Source: an uncultured bacterium (GTDB taxonomy: Bacteria; SAR324; NAC60-12). Taken from it: DNA of 40,982 bases. The notes beneath the pieces are model-generated. The model did no database searches and was not told where the DNA came from. It saw only the letters and a list, made by a program, of their open reading frames with translations. Location of the stretch: contig CBFIJD010000029.1 in assembly GCA_965662845.1 (NCBI GenBank), positions 1 to 40,982 of the forward strand, written 5' to 3'. A program made the position numbers and the translations under genes. Positions 27,656-37,957 of the stretch are shown here, in pieces. The number at the start of each line of letters is the position of its first letter. Positions within the stretch are counted from its first letter, which is position 1.

Positions 27656-28897
27656 TTACGTCTCTAAAAAGAAGCTGTTCAGCTTGTCACGATGATACAA
27701 TTCTCGATCTTGAAAAATGTCGTTGAGGCGGGCTTGGGTTAAGCGCAGCACCTTGGCCTGCTCGCTCTTAGGGTCGAGTTGATTGTCCCGGTCAAAGTTA
27801 TCGAGATACTTCATAAATTGTCCCACAGCTTTCATATCCCCAAAATACACGCCAATGGTGCTGATCAGCAGCGCGGCCCGAATAGTCTGGATTTCTGTGA
27901 GGACGGTGAACTTCTCTTGCAGGACTTCGGAGGCCTCCTGCAACAGTCTTTCCGCCTGCTCGCGCTCTTTTCCACCGCCGCCGGTGCTCTCGCCAGCCAT
28001 CAAGACCTGTGCGTGCGTGACGAGTACATTAGCCAACTTGCGGACGTATTCCCCCGACTCTGGGTTCAAGGCGCACAACGCACGAAAGGTGTCTTCGGCT
28101 AGTTGATAAGACAACAGCGCTTGCTGCCATGACCGCTCTTCTGAGAAGAGAGCATCTGCCTGCGGGGCCACCATCAAGCGTCGCTCCTCAACCGTTTCTT
28201 TCCATTCTTGATAAAAGCTGACGGAGTCAAAGGGGACCTCATCCTCTGAGGTGACGCGGAAGTATTCTTCTCCATTTGCGGCAAAGTAGCAGCCTGGGCA
28301 AATCGTGACCTGGAGCAAATTGAAGTCGCAGTAGTCGCGATCTCCCAAGGGCTTCACGTAGGTAGGAGTGCCAAAGATGTTGCTACGGATCAGGATCGAC
28401 TTGGAGCGCAGGGCGTAGAACGGGATTTTCCCTTGACCGCAGACGTGGCAACTGACGTATTTCCCAATCAACGCGGTGTGCGTCGTGAGCATTTTGCGAA
28501 CTTTGGGTTCAAAGCGCTCAGGCTGGATTAGCTGCAACACCCCATGAGACTCGGTGACAGGATTAGAAAATTGCAAACCGATGTTGTGCTGCTCCCCATC
28601 AGAGCTAGGTCGGCACCATCGCACAACCGCAGGGATCGGGTCGTAGGGCGTGAATTGTTCTTCTTTGCACTGCGATTTGCCGTAAATCTCCAAGATTACC
28701 TTGGTCAAGACGTTGATTGGTCGAGAGCATCGGATTTTGCAGCCTCCCTTGGAGAGGTCTATGCCGACTACGTTCTCTCGATGTTCAAACACATTTAATC
28801 GGGCTGGAAAAACGACGCGGCGGCGCTCTTCGCGGCGGACTTCATTCATTTGCTCAGCAGGGGTTGAAAGTTGGGGAGGTGTGAGGGCTTTTGACAT
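27656..28897 (-). CDS. PilZ domain fused to a DUF2225-like Zn-binding/helical domain
   Basis: RREERR and IDLSKGGC (PilZ RxxxR, DxSxxG); CHVC...VTICPGCYFA followed by TPR-like helices. Confidence 0.7.
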   Translation of the reverse strand: MSKALTPPQLSTPAEQMNEVRREERRRVVFPARLNVFEHRENVVGIDLSKGGCKIRCSRPINVLTKVILEIYGKSQCKEEQFTPYDPIPAVVRWCRPSSDGEQHNIGLQFSNPVTESHGVLQLIQPERFEPKVRKMLTTHTALIGKYVSCHVCGQGKIPFYALRSKSILIRSNIFGTPTYVKPLGDRDYCDFNLLQVTICPGCYFAANGEEYFRVTSEDEVPFDSVSFYQEWKETVEERRLMVAPQADALFSEERSWQQALLSYQLAEDTFRALCALNPESGEYVRKLANVLVTHAQVLMAGESTGGGGKEREQAERLLQEASEVLQEKFTVLTEIQTIRAALLISTIGVYFGDMKAVGQFMKYLDNFDRDNQLDPKSEQAKVLRLTQARLNDIFQDRELYHRDKLNSFFLET

Positions 28898-28913
28898 CGT
28901 GTCGCCATCTGGA

Positions 28914-29702
28914 TCAAGGGTTGAGAAGGGCTAGGCTGGTGTTATCTGGAAGATAGCGCTTCAGGATCTGCTCATGCGTTCCGTCGGCCTGCAAAGCGCG
29001 AATGCTTTGATTGATGTGTTCGACAAGCTCAGCAGAGACCGTTGCCTTGCTGAAGAGCAGGCGAGTGGGGTTGGCATAGAGAACGCGCATGGGATGCAGA
29101 GCAATGATCTCCCGCAATCGCCCTGTCAAGACTTCGTCTTCTACCATGACGTCTAACAGCATCCCATCTAGGCGCTTCATCGCAAGCATTTGGGGATTGG
29201 TGCTTGAGGGATTGACCCAAAGCTGCCCATGCGCTTCCAGTTGGGGGCGTAGGGCGCGGAACTCCTCGCCATAGTTCACGTTCAAACGCACCCCCAGCCG
29301 AAACGATGTCCCCACCATGTCCTGCAACTGTCGCCAAGGATAATCTCGCAGCTGGTCTCGCCGCACATACAACCCCAAAAATTGGTGCCCAAGTTCAACC
29401 GAGAAGCGCCCGAACGCTTCGCGTTCCGTGGTTTGTTGCATCCCCGCCGCTAGGTCGACCTGACCTGTTTGAACGGCCAACAAGAGACGATTCCAAGGCA
29501 GCTGCTTGAACCGCACTTCACAGCCAGCGTGGCGCAGCGACGAAACCGCCAGATCAGTGGAGATCCCTCTCAGAGAGCCCTGCTCTTCGTAATGATAGGG
29601 GGGCCACTCTGACCAGCCGAGCGTGAGCGGACGCTCACAGATTTGGGCGAACGTCGGCGTCGCGAGGCATAAAAACGCGATGGCGAAGAAGATGTGGCGC
29701 AT
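28914..29702 (-). CDS. Family 3 extracellular solute-binding protein (orphan)
   Basis: Signal peptide from MRHIFF; WPPY...GISTDL...LPWNR...GQVD, and a C-terminal DGTHEQILKRY. Confidence 0.85.
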   Translation of the reverse strand: MRHIFFAIAFLCLATPTFAQICERPLTLGWSEWPPYHYEEQGSLRGISTDLAVSSLRHAGCEVRFKQLPWNRLLLAVQTGQVDLAAGMQQTTEREAFGRFSVELGHQFLGLYVRRDQLRDYPWRQLQDMVGTSFRLGVRLNVNYGEEFRALRPQLEAHGQLWVNPSSTNPQMLAMKRLDGMLLDVMVEDEVLTGRLREIIALHPMRVLYANPTRLLFSKATVSAELVEHINQSIRALQADGTHEQILKRYLPDNTSLALLNP

Positions 29703-29808
29703 AGGGAGCTTGGAGGGGGCAGAGTCTGTGACATCTGAGTAACAACGGCACAAGACTCTATAGAAAATGGCTCCCAAAGACTAGTTAGAAAACGATTAGA
29801 GCTTTTTT

Positions 29809-31884
29809 CTACAATTTGAGCATCGCGTGCCGCAGCGCTTCTGCAGTGTGAACCGGTTGCTCGCAGACTCGCTCCCGACAAACCCAAGCGGTCGCGACAC
29901 GATTTTGAGAGACTCGCTTCTTTGTGAGGGGGATGGTGTTCCAGACCTGCTCCGCGTCCTGGGGGGGCACAAACGACACGACCGCTGTGGGATGAAATTC
30001 TTTTCTGAGCAGATCCAGCATGGCCTGCGTTTCAGGGTCTTGGAGTTCGCCAGAGACCACGACCTCAAGGGCTCCCGAGAGACGCCAGTGCAGGGCGTTC
30101 AGCATCGCAGAATAGCTCACTCCTGCCTGCAAAAGGTAGGGTGCAAAGCTGTGCAAAATTCGCTCCGCGTCATCATAGAACCCCTCTCCACAACCATAAG
30201 CGTGCAGTCGCTGGAAAAGCTCTGCTGTGGCGGTGTTGCCCGAAGGCTCCACACCGTCATGTCCGTCGGCTTTGCGGGCCAGCAGCTTTTCGGCGTCATG
30301 ACCCGTCTCAAAATAAGCGCCCTCTGGGTTGCGAAAGAGTTGGTTGATCTGGTTCGCCCAGTGCCACGCTTTTTGAAAATACGCCAGATCGTAGCTCCAA
30401 GCATACATATCCAGACAGGCAACCCCGAGCTGCGCGTAGTCACAAAGGTAAGCCGGGAAGCGGGCGTCTCCGTCTCGATAACGCCGCAAGAGCCGCCCCG
30501 ATTCGTCAACCAATGTTTGATGTAGGAACGCCAGCGCCTGCTCGGCCATGTTGCCATAGTCAGGGCGCTCCAGAACGGTCGCCGCACGCGCCATCGCGGA
30601 AATCATGAGCGCGTTCCAAGACGTGAGCACCTTGTCATCACACAGCGGGCGAACACGCTGAGCGCGCCTCGTGAGCAAGGCCTCTCTTGCAGCGGCCAAG
30701 CGATCGGGCCACTGCGCGCCGTCGATGCCATACTGCGCACAAAGCTCTTCTTCGTCGAAGCGCACGTTCAAGATGTTTTGACCTTCAAAGTTGCCTTGGG
30801 CCGTCACGCCCCACAGTGTGCCGAAGATCTCGGCCTCTTCGCTGCCCAAGACCTCGCTAAATTCTTGCGAGCCCCACACATAAAACTTGCCTTCTACTCC
30901 CTCGCTATCGGCGTCTTCTGCGGAACAAAATGCGCCTTGAGCAGTCCGTAAATCTCTGGCGACGTAGCGGAGGACATCTTCCACGATCTCTCGGAAGAAG
31001 CCATTTTGCGTGACTTGATAGCATTCCAGCGCCGCCCACACGAACAAGGCGTTGTCGTAGAGCATCTTCTCAAAGTGGGGCACCAGCCACTGGTAGTCTG
31101 TGCTGTAGCGGCACAGCCCTCCCCCGACTTGATCGTAAATGCCTCCGTCGCGCATTTTTTCTAGGGTGAACTCCACCATATACAAATCGAAGGGGTTCCC
31201 TGTGCGTCGAAAATGTCGCAAGAGCAACTGAAGCCCCATGCTCGGCGGAAACTTATTCGGGCGCTGCAAGGCAAACCCGCCATCGGTTGCGTCGAAGAGA
31301 TGCCGATATTTTTGGACGGTGCTGTCCTCTGCGTCCCATCCTGGCAGCGGCGTTGTGCCTGGCTGTGGGGCAGGAGAGCGTTGCAGAAACTCCGTCAACT
31401 TTGCCGAAGCATCTAAAATTTCATGACGCTCTGTTTGCCAGTAATGCTGCATCGTCTCTAGCACGTCGCGGAAGGAGCGCAGGCCAAAGCGAGAGGTGGG
31501 AGGGAAGTACGTCCCGCCACTGATGGGGCGTCCATCGGGCATCGCGAACATATTCAATGGCCAACCGCCTTGTTGTCCCAGCGCGTGCAACGCGTCCATG
31601 TAAATTTGATCGACGTCGGGGCGCTCTTCGCGGTCGACCTTGATCGCCACAAAGTGCTCGTTGAGATACTGCGCCAATGCTGGATTCTCAAAAGACTCTC
31701 GCTCCATGACGTGACACCAATGGCAGGTCGCGTAGCCAATGCTGATCAGCAACAATTTGTCTTCTGCTTGGGCCTTCGCGAACGCATCCTCTCCCCACGG
31801 GAACCAATCCACGGGATTGTGCGCGTGCTGTAAGAGATAGGGGCTTTTTTCGTGAATAAGACGATTGGAGATTTCGGCAGACAT
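29809..31884 (-). CDS. yyaL: Thioredoxin-domain/six-hairpin protein (YyaL/DUF255/SSP411 family)
   Basis: [54 protein letters not shown]. Confidence 0.95.
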   Translation of the reverse strand: MSAEISNRLIHEKSPYLLQHAHNPVDWFPWGEDAFAKAQAEDKLLLISIGYATCHWCHVMERESFENPALAQYLNEHFVAIKVDREERPDVDQIYMDALHALGQQGGWPLNMFAMPDGRPISGGTYFPPTSRFGLRSFRDVLETMQHYWQTERHEILDASAKLTEFLQRSPAPQPGTTPLPGWDAEDSTVQKYRHLFDATDGGFALQRPNKFPPSMGLQLLLRHFRRTGNPFDLYMVEFTLEKMRDGGIYDQVGGGLCRYSTDYQWLVPHFEKMLYDNALFVWAALECYQVTQNGFFREIVEDVLRYVARDLRTAQGAFCSAEDADSEGVEGKFYVWGSQEFSEVLGSEEAEIFGTLWGVTAQGNFEGQNILNVRFDEEELCAQYGIDGAQWPDRLAAAREALLTRRAQRVRPLCDDKVLTSWNALMISAMARAATVLERPDYGNMAEQALAFLHQTLVDESGRLLRRYRDGDARFPAYLCDYAQLGVACLDMYAWSYDLAYFQKAWHWANQINQLFRNPEGAYFETGHDAEKLLARKADGHDGVEPSGNTATAELFQRLHAYGCGEGFYDDAERILHSFAPYLLQAGVSYSAMLNALHWRLSGALEVVVSGELQDPETQAMLDLLRKEFHPTAVVSFVPPQDAEQVWNTIPLTKKRVSQNRVATAWVCRERVCEQPVHTAEALRHAMLKL

Positions 31885-32061
31885 GGGCGGAGCTCGACTG
31901 GGAGATGATGGGCGCTCTCTGAAGCAGGCTACTTCGGCGTTGAAGTTTGAAGCAAAACCTCGTACACCAGCAGCCGGTTTTTGTCACAATTTCGTAAGAT
32001 TTGGGCACAGTGGCGCTTCACCACAGAGCACCACTTCACACTCTTTCATTCTGGAGTCAGC

Positions 32062-33177
32062 ATGTATACCCCCAGCCTGCAAATTGAAGAGATCGTGGAA
32101 CTCGTGCGGCAACAAGTCGAAGCGGTGCCCAACGGAGTCGCGCTGCTCTTGGTTGCCGAACACAGCGACATTGATCTGACGGCGCTGTGCGAAGCGTTGA
32201 ATGCCGCAGGCGTGCAATATTTGGGGGGGCTCTTTCCCGCGTTGATTGACGGAGTGCAGAAGCGAGATCGTGGGGTGATCTGTCGTGTTCTCCCGATGCG
32301 AGAGCCGGTTCGTGTGGTGCAGGGACTGGAGAGCACAGGGGCTTATCTGGAGTCGCACCAGTGGCCAAACTACTTTTCGCAACAAGCCCAAGGCTCGGCG
32401 CTTGTGTTGGTCGATGGCTTGACGGCGAACATTGCGACGTTCCTCAGCCAGATTTATGAGAGCTTCGGCAACTCTGTCCGCTGCTTTGGAGGCGGAGCCG
32501 GTTCCCTCAGTTTGGAGCAAAAGCCCTGTTTGTTCTGCAATGAAGGTCTGTTTCAAGACGCGGCCTTGGTTGCGTTCGTGGAGTATAATTTTTCCCTCGG
32601 CGTCCAGCACGGCTGGCAACGGCTGATGGGCCCAATCATTGCGTCGCGTACGCACAAGAACCGCGTTCAAGAGCTAAACTGGCAATCGGCCTTCTCGCTC
32701 TATCAACAAGCGGTCGAAGAAGACGCCAACGTGGAAATGAACGCCGAGAACTTCTTTGGCATCGCCAAGGGCTATCCTTTCGGCATCACCCAGGAAGAGG
32801 CCGAAGATCTGGTGCGCGACCCCATTTTAGTCCGAGATGAGACAGAGCTGGTCTGCGTTGGGGAGGTCCCCGAAAACTCGGCGCTCTACATTTTGCGCGG
32901 GGAAGCGGAGTCGTTGATCGGCGCCGCGCAACGGGCCGCAGAGCAGAGCGTGCCGCCCACCGCATTCCAAGAGACGCTGGTGATTGATTGCATCTCGCGT
33001 GTGCTCTTTTTAGAAGACCAATTCGAGCAAGAATTAGTCGGCGTTCGGCAGGGAATCGGCCCGGAAGTCCCCCTGTATGGCGCGCTCACGCTCGGCGAAA
33101 TCGCCTCCTATGGCCGCGGCTATTTAGAATTTTTCAACAAGACTATCGTCGTAAACTCTCTCTATGAAAAATCATGA
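32062..33177 (+). CDS. FIST (NosP-like) sensory domain protein
   Basis: GGLFPALI, LVLVDGL, FGGGAGS, GVQHGW, LVRDP, IDCISR, GALTLGEI...FFNKT; GGAG RBS before ATG 32062. Confidence 0.9.
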   Translation: MYTPSLQIEEIVELVRQQVEAVPNGVALLLVAEHSDIDLTALCEALNAAGVQYLGGLFPALIDGVQKRDRGVICRVLPMREPVRVVQGLESTGAYLESHQWPNYFSQQAQGSALVLVDGLTANIATFLSQIYESFGNSVRCFGGGAGSLSLEQKPCLFCNEGLFQDAALVAFVEYNFSLGVQHGWQRLMGPIIASRTHKNRVQELNWQSAFSLYQQAVEEDANVEMNAENFFGIAKGYPFGITQEEAEDLVRDPILVRDETELVCVGEVPENSALYILRGEAESLIGAAQRAAEQSVPPTAFQETLVIDCISRVLFLEDQFEQELVGVRQGIGPEVPLYGALTLGEIASYGRGYLEFFNKTIVVNSLYEKS

Positions 33178-34786
33178 ACAAGAGATGATCCAAGACCTGA
33201 CGCTGCTCTATGAATTAGCGGTCAAGAGCGGTCAGAGCTTGGATTTGCAGGAAAATGTCGAGCTTTTCCTCCGCACGCTCTTGTCGCGCAAGCAGTTGAG
33301 CTCCGCGTCTGTTTGGTTCCGCCTCTCCTATCTTTACGATCCCGAAGGAACCAAAGACGGCGAAGAGTTCAAGCTGCTCCGCTTGATCCCGTCTAGCCTC
33401 CAAAACGGAGACAACCTCCCTGCCAACAACAGCTTCCTCAATGCTCTTGGGAGGCGGCCTGTCAGCACGGTCAATCAACCGCGACCCTTCAAGGAAGGAA
33501 ACTGCGAATTTTTGCCTGGCACCTATGGCATTTGTAGGCTCGGAGACGTGGGGTTCATCCTCTTGCACTCCTCGGAATTAGATGACCCGCGCTTGCAGCT
33601 GACGCAGCTGGCCAAACTTCAGACCGTCTTCCCTAAGTTCCGGCACGCGCTGGACGGGTGCATCGCCTATCGCTTGGTCAAGGAAGAGATCCAACAGCGC
33701 GCGGTAGCCGAAGCGCGGTTGCGTGAGCGCGAACAGATGCTGTTCTCGATCTTTGACAAAGCCCCCACAGGGATCATCCTGGTTGCGCCAGATGGCAAAA
33801 TTATGAATGTCAACCAGCGGTTTGCCCAAATTCTAGGCTTTCAGGTCACGGAGATCATCGGCACCACCTATGAGTCACTGCTAGACAACCGAGAAGTCAG
33901 CGAATATCGCGGTGCGCTCAAACAAGTGCAGGCTGGAGAGAACGGATATTCTGGACCGCGCTGTTTTCGGAGCAGCTCTGGAGAGCCAACGTGGATTCGC
34001 GTGACGACGGCCCCCGTGAGGAATGACAAGCAAGAGCTGCTCTATGTCATCGTTCAAGGAGAAGACCAAACCGAGCTCCGCAACGCCCAGTCGCAGCTGA
34101 TGCAGTCCGCGAAGCTGGCGGGCATCGGGGAAGTCTCTGCGGGCATCGCGCATGAGATCAAAACTCCGCTCGCGACGATCTCTACCACCGTGCAGAACCT
34201 CAAGATTGCGTCGCAGCTCAAGAAAGAGTTCGACCCCAAAAAGTTAGATCAGATCACCAAGATGGTCGAAAAATGTCTGGCGATTGTGAATCACATGCGG
34301 GGTTTTGCCCGCGTCTCAGACCACGAGGAGTGGGAGCTTGCCGATGTGAACCTCATCTTGCAGGACGCCTTCCTGCTGTTGCGCAAAACCTTCTACCAAC
34401 ACGACATTCAAATTGCAGAAGAGCTGGCCAAAGATCTCCCCAAACTCCGCTGCAATACGATTCAAATTGAGCAGGTCTTCACCAACTTGCTCAACAACGC
34501 GCGCGACGCGATGGAAGGCAAAGCGGGAGAGCGCCAGCTGACGGTCCGCACCTATGAGCAGGACAAACAAATCGCGGTTGAGTTTGAAGACACCGGCCTC
34601 GGGATGACGGCAGAGGTGCGCGAGCGCATCTTTGATTCTTTCTACACCACCAAACCCAAAGGCAAAGGCACCGGCCTTGGGATGTCGATCATTCGTGCCA
34701 TCCTTGAAGACCACCAAGGCCACATCGAAGTGCGCAGCGAAGTCGGCAAAGGCACGTGCTTCAAGCTGCTGTTTCCAGTCTTTTAG
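33164..34786 (+). CDS. PAS sensor histidine kinase coupled to the FIST gene
   Basis: 14-bp overlap with FIST; PAS (NVNQRFAQILG); IAHEIKTPL; NLLNNARDAM; FYTTKPKGKGTGLG. Confidence 0.93.
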   Translation: MKNHEQEMIQDLTLLYELAVKSGQSLDLQENVELFLRTLLSRKQLSSASVWFRLSYLYDPEGTKDGEEFKLLRLIPSSLQNGDNLPANNSFLNALGRRPVSTVNQPRPFKEGNCEFLPGTYGICRLGDVGFILLHSSELDDPRLQLTQLAKLQTVFPKFRHALDGCIAYRLVKEEIQQRAVAEARLREREQMLFSIFDKAPTGIILVAPDGKIMNVNQRFAQILGFQVTEIIGTTYESLLDNREVSEYRGALKQVQAGENGYSGPRCFRSSSGEPTWIRVTTAPVRNDKQELLYVIVQGEDQTELRNAQSQLMQSAKLAGIGEVSAGIAHEIKTPLATISTTVQNLKIASQLKKEFDPKKLDQITKMVEKCLAIVNHMRGFARVSDHEEWELADVNLILQDAFLLLRKTFYQHDIQIAEELAKDLPKLRCNTIQIEQVFTNLLNNARDAMEGKAGERQLTVRTYEQDKQIAVEFEDTGLGMTAEVRERIFDSFYTTKPKGKGTGLGMSIIRAILEDHQGHIEVRSEVGKGTCFKLLFPVF

Positions 34787-35009
34787 CTCGTCTCTCGAAC
34801 GCTTCTTCTCCTCCCCTTCGCCTCTCCATACCCATCCGCCTCTGCGCGTTGGCTCTGCGCGACCGCGTGCAGATGACGTGCAGGGCGTCAGCGCGGTCGT
34901 GGTGTTCTCACCGCTCAGAAGCGCGGTTGTGTGGGATTGCAGAGCCGCGAGGAGCGGAGGGGCAGGGGCGGAGATGTCAGAACAACCGGAGCGTGACTCC
35001 GGTCGATCA

Positions 35010-36503
35010 TCAGGCTGATGGTTTGGGTTTGATCAGGCGGACGAGGGAAGGAGCCAACAAGCTCAGTAAGGCGAGTGCCCAGAGGACCCAGCAGATGGTG
35101 GACTCAAAAAAGATCGTAAATTCGCCGTCACTGTAGATCAACGCACGGCGGAAGTTGGTCTCGATCAAATCACCAAGCACGACTCCAAGAATCAGAGGCG
35201 CCAGCGGGAAATCAGCGCGACGCATCGCATATCCCAACAGACCGAAGAGGAGGACAAGGAGCACATCAAATTCGCTGCCGTTAATGGTGTAGGCTCCGAC
35301 GACGCAGAGCATGGTAATCAGCGGCATCAAGATCCAGCGCGGCGTCTGCAGAATCCGCGCAAACAGACCGACGAGCGGCAGGTTCAAGACCAACAGAAAG
35401 AGGTTCCCCAGGAACATAGAGGCCGCCAGCCCCCAAAACACTTCTGGGTTGTTGGACAGCAACAAGGGGCCAGGGTTGATGCCGAAGCTGATCAAGCCTC
35501 CGAGCATGACGGCGGTGGTCTCACTGCCGGGCACCCCCAAAATCAAAAGCGGGATAAAGGAGCCGACCGCCGCAGAGTTGTTGGCCGACTCTGGCGCCGC
35601 GACACCGCGCAAGTCTCCTCTCCCAAAATGGTTCTCTTTGAGGATCTTCTTCTCGGTCGCATAGGCGATGAAGCTCGCGATGGTTCCCCCAGCTCCCGGC
35701 AGCACCCCCACAAGAAACCCCATGACGTTACTGCGCAACATCGTCGCCACCGAACCGATCAACTCTTGCGCGGACAGAAACAGGCTGGTGACCGGTTGCA
35801 TGGGAGTGTCTTTGTAATTGGCTTGGCCCAAGAGCACCAACAGCTCGCTCACGGCGAAGAACCCAATGACCACGACGATGAAGTCGATGCCGTCGTACAG
35901 CTCCATCATGCCGAAAGTCAGACGCGAGACCCCTGTCGTGGAGTCAATGCCTACCGCCGCGATGGCCAGCCCCAGAAAGGCGGACAACATCGCTTTGGTC
36001 AAGCTGCCCAGACTAAAGCTGGACAAAGCCACAAACGCGAACACCATCAGCACAGTATATTCGGCAGGTCCAAAGTTGATGGCGAGGTCAGCCAACACGG
36101 GAGCCAAGAAGGCCAGCAAAAAGATGGAGAGCGTCCCGCCCACAAACGAAGCGACTGCAGAGATCGCCAAGGCTTTGCCACCCAAGCCCTGTTTAGCCAG
36201 CGTGTAGCCTTCCAGAGCTGTCACCGCTGCGGCAGAGGTCCCCGGAACATTTAACAAAATACTGGAGATCGAGTTGCCGTATTGCGAGCCATAATAGATC
36301 CCTGCAAAGAGAATCATCACAGTCGCGGGCGGGACGTCGAGCGTGTAGACGATGGGAAAGAGCACGGCGATTGCGTTGACGGGGCCGATGCCCGGTAACA
36401 TACCGATCGCAGTGCCCAGAAAGACTCCAAGCAACAAGAAAAGGATATTTTCTCCTGTGAGCGCCACCAAGAAGCCCTCGAGGAGTAGCTGAAATGATTC
36501 GAT
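35010..36503 (-). CDS. tctA: Tripartite tricarboxylate transporter large permease (apparent ATC start)
   Basis: LPGIGP, IYYGSQYG, GVAAPESANN, LGVPGS. The conserved N-terminus (I/M)ESFQLLLEGF extends in frame to ATC at 36503, behind a GAGGT RBS. Confidence 0.93.
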   Translation of the reverse strand: MESFQLLLEGFLVALTGENILFLLLGVFLGTAIGMLPGIGPVNAIAVLFPIVYTLDVPPATVMILFAGIYYGSQYGNSISSILLNVPGTSAAAVTALEGYTLAKQGLGGKALAISAVASFVGGTLSIFLLAFLAPVLADLAINFGPAEYTVLMVFAFVALSSFSLGSLTKAMLSAFLGLAIAAVGIDSTTGVSRLTFGMMELYDGIDFIVVVIGFFAVSELLVLLGQANYKDTPMQPVTSLFLSAQELIGSVATMLRSNVMGFLVGVLPGAGGTIASFIAYATEKKILKENHFGRGDLRGVAAPESANNSAAVGSFIPLLILGVPGSETTAVMLGGLISFGINPGPLLLSNNPEVFWGLAASMFLGNLFLLVLNLPLVGLFARILQTPRWILMPLITMLCVVGAYTINGSEFDVLLVLLFGLLGYAMRRADFPLAPLILGVVLGDLIETNFRRALIYSDGEFTIFFESTICWVLWALALLSLLAPSLVRLIKPKPSA

Positions 36504-36512
36504 GGAGACCTC

Positions 36513-36968
36513 TCAGAAGAGTTTGGGCATGCGCCCCAGAGAAATGCCGAGCAAGCTGCTGAAGAGCCCATAGCACAAGACAGACATCACCACGGCGCTG
36601 AGAACCGCTTGTTTCCAATTTGCTCCAAAGAGCCGCCCCATCATCACTAGCAGAGCGATCATCGCGGGCAAAAAACCGACATAGGGCAGCGCAAAGGTAT
36701 ACAGCGCAATGCCGACGCACAGCGGGCCCCGCTTGAGCCACGTGTCCCACTGTTGCGGCTCAGGTTCGTGCTCTGTGGGCCTAACAAGGAGATAGATCGC
36801 CAGGCAGGCAACCACGCCACTGACTACGTAGATCCAGTGCTGGGGGCCGATGATCCCATTATAGAAATCGGCTCGTGAGAGATAGCCCCCATACGCATAG
36901 AAAGCCGCTCCGACCAAGAGAATGAGCGCATAAACTCGGTCGTAGTGGATGTCGGTGCGGCGGCTCAT
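36513..36968 (-). CDS. tctB: Tripartite tricarboxylate transporter small permease
   Basis: Multi-TM protein with IGP, VGF and a C-terminal LGISLG; located between tctC and tctA. Confidence 0.88.
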   Translation of the reverse strand: MSRRTDIHYDRVYALILLVGAAFYAYGGYLSRADFYNGIIGPQHWIYVVSGVVACLAIYLLVRPTEHEPEPQQWDTWLKRGPLCVGIALYTFALPYVGFLPAMIALLVMMGRLFGANWKQAVLSAVVMSVLCYGLFSSLLGISLGRMPKLF

Positions 36969-37957
36969 TTCTGCATGAAACCGAGGTCTGCAGAGATCTT
37001 GCTGACTAGATCAATTTGGCCGCCAACGAAGTTTTCAAAATCACCCCCGAAGGACTCAAAGGGCGCCAAGCCGTTCTTTGCGCTCAAGTCTGCCCATTGA
37101 GGGGATTTTGCGACGGTTCGCACAATGTCCACCCACTCGTTGTAGCGAGCATTGGAGACCCCTTTGGGGACATAAAAACCGCGCCAGTTTGCGCCAATCA
37201 CGTCATAGCCCTGCTCTCGCGCCGTCGGCACCGAAGAGAGTGCGGGGATGCGTTCGGGAGCCAGCACAGCCAAAATGCGAATGTTTCCCTGCTGTTGGTA
37301 GTCAAGCAGCTCCGAGACGTCGCCAGTGAACGCATCGGCGCGCTTGCTCAAAATTTCCAACATGGCCGTTCCCCCGTTGTCGAAGGAGATGTAGTTGATG
37401 GCGCGCAGATCTTGAACCCCGGCTTTGTTCGCCACGATCAAGACTTTCAGGTGATCCCAGCCGCCTGCTGAGCTTCCTCCAACGATGGCGGTCCGCCGCG
37501 GGTTGTTGCGCATCGCTTCCACGAGGTCACCCAAATCCTTGAATTGCGAGTCCTTGTGCACCGCGATAGCGCCATAGTCTGCGCCCAGCGCGCCCACCCA
37601 ACGGACGTCGTTCGCTTTGAGGCCTGCGTACACGTTCTGTCCCAAGCGAGCCGCCGTGGCCATTGAAGCCGCGACGATCAGCTCCTGATCATCTTCTCGC
37701 TGTGTCACTACGTGTGCGTAGGCTTTGCCTCCTCCTGCGCCTGACATGTTCGTGACTTCCATGGTCCCCTCAATCAAGCCCAGGTCGCCCATGACTTGTG
37801 CGGCTGGCACGCGACAGGTGAAGTCCCAGCCACCGCCAGCACCTGCTGGGGCGATACATTCTGTGTTGGCGGGCTTGGCGAAGGCGTTGCTCCAAGTTCC
37901 CAAGGCGAGGGCCGATCCGGCGATAACGCCCAAAATTTGCTTCCACTGCTTTTTCAT
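36965..37957 (-). CDS. tctC: Tripartite tricarboxylate transporter substrate-binding protein
   Basis: Signal peptide; ECIAPAGAGGGWDFTCR, NMSGAGG, ANWRGFYVP. Confidence 0.93.
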   Translation of the reverse strand: MKKQWKQILGVIAGSALALGTWSNAFAKPANTECIAPAGAGGGWDFTCRVPAAQVMGDLGLIEGTMEVTNMSGAGGGKAYAHVVTQREDDQELIVAASMATAARLGQNVYAGLKANDVRWVGALGADYGAIAVHKDSQFKDLGDLVEAMRNNPRRTAIVGGSSAGGWDHLKVLIVANKAGVQDLRAINYISFDNGGTAMLEILSKRADAFTGDVSELLDYQQQGNIRILAVLAPERIPALSSVPTAREQGYDVIGANWRGFYVPKGVSNARYNEWVDIVRTVAKSPQWADLSAKNGLAPFESFGGDFENFVGGQIDLVSKISADLGFMQK

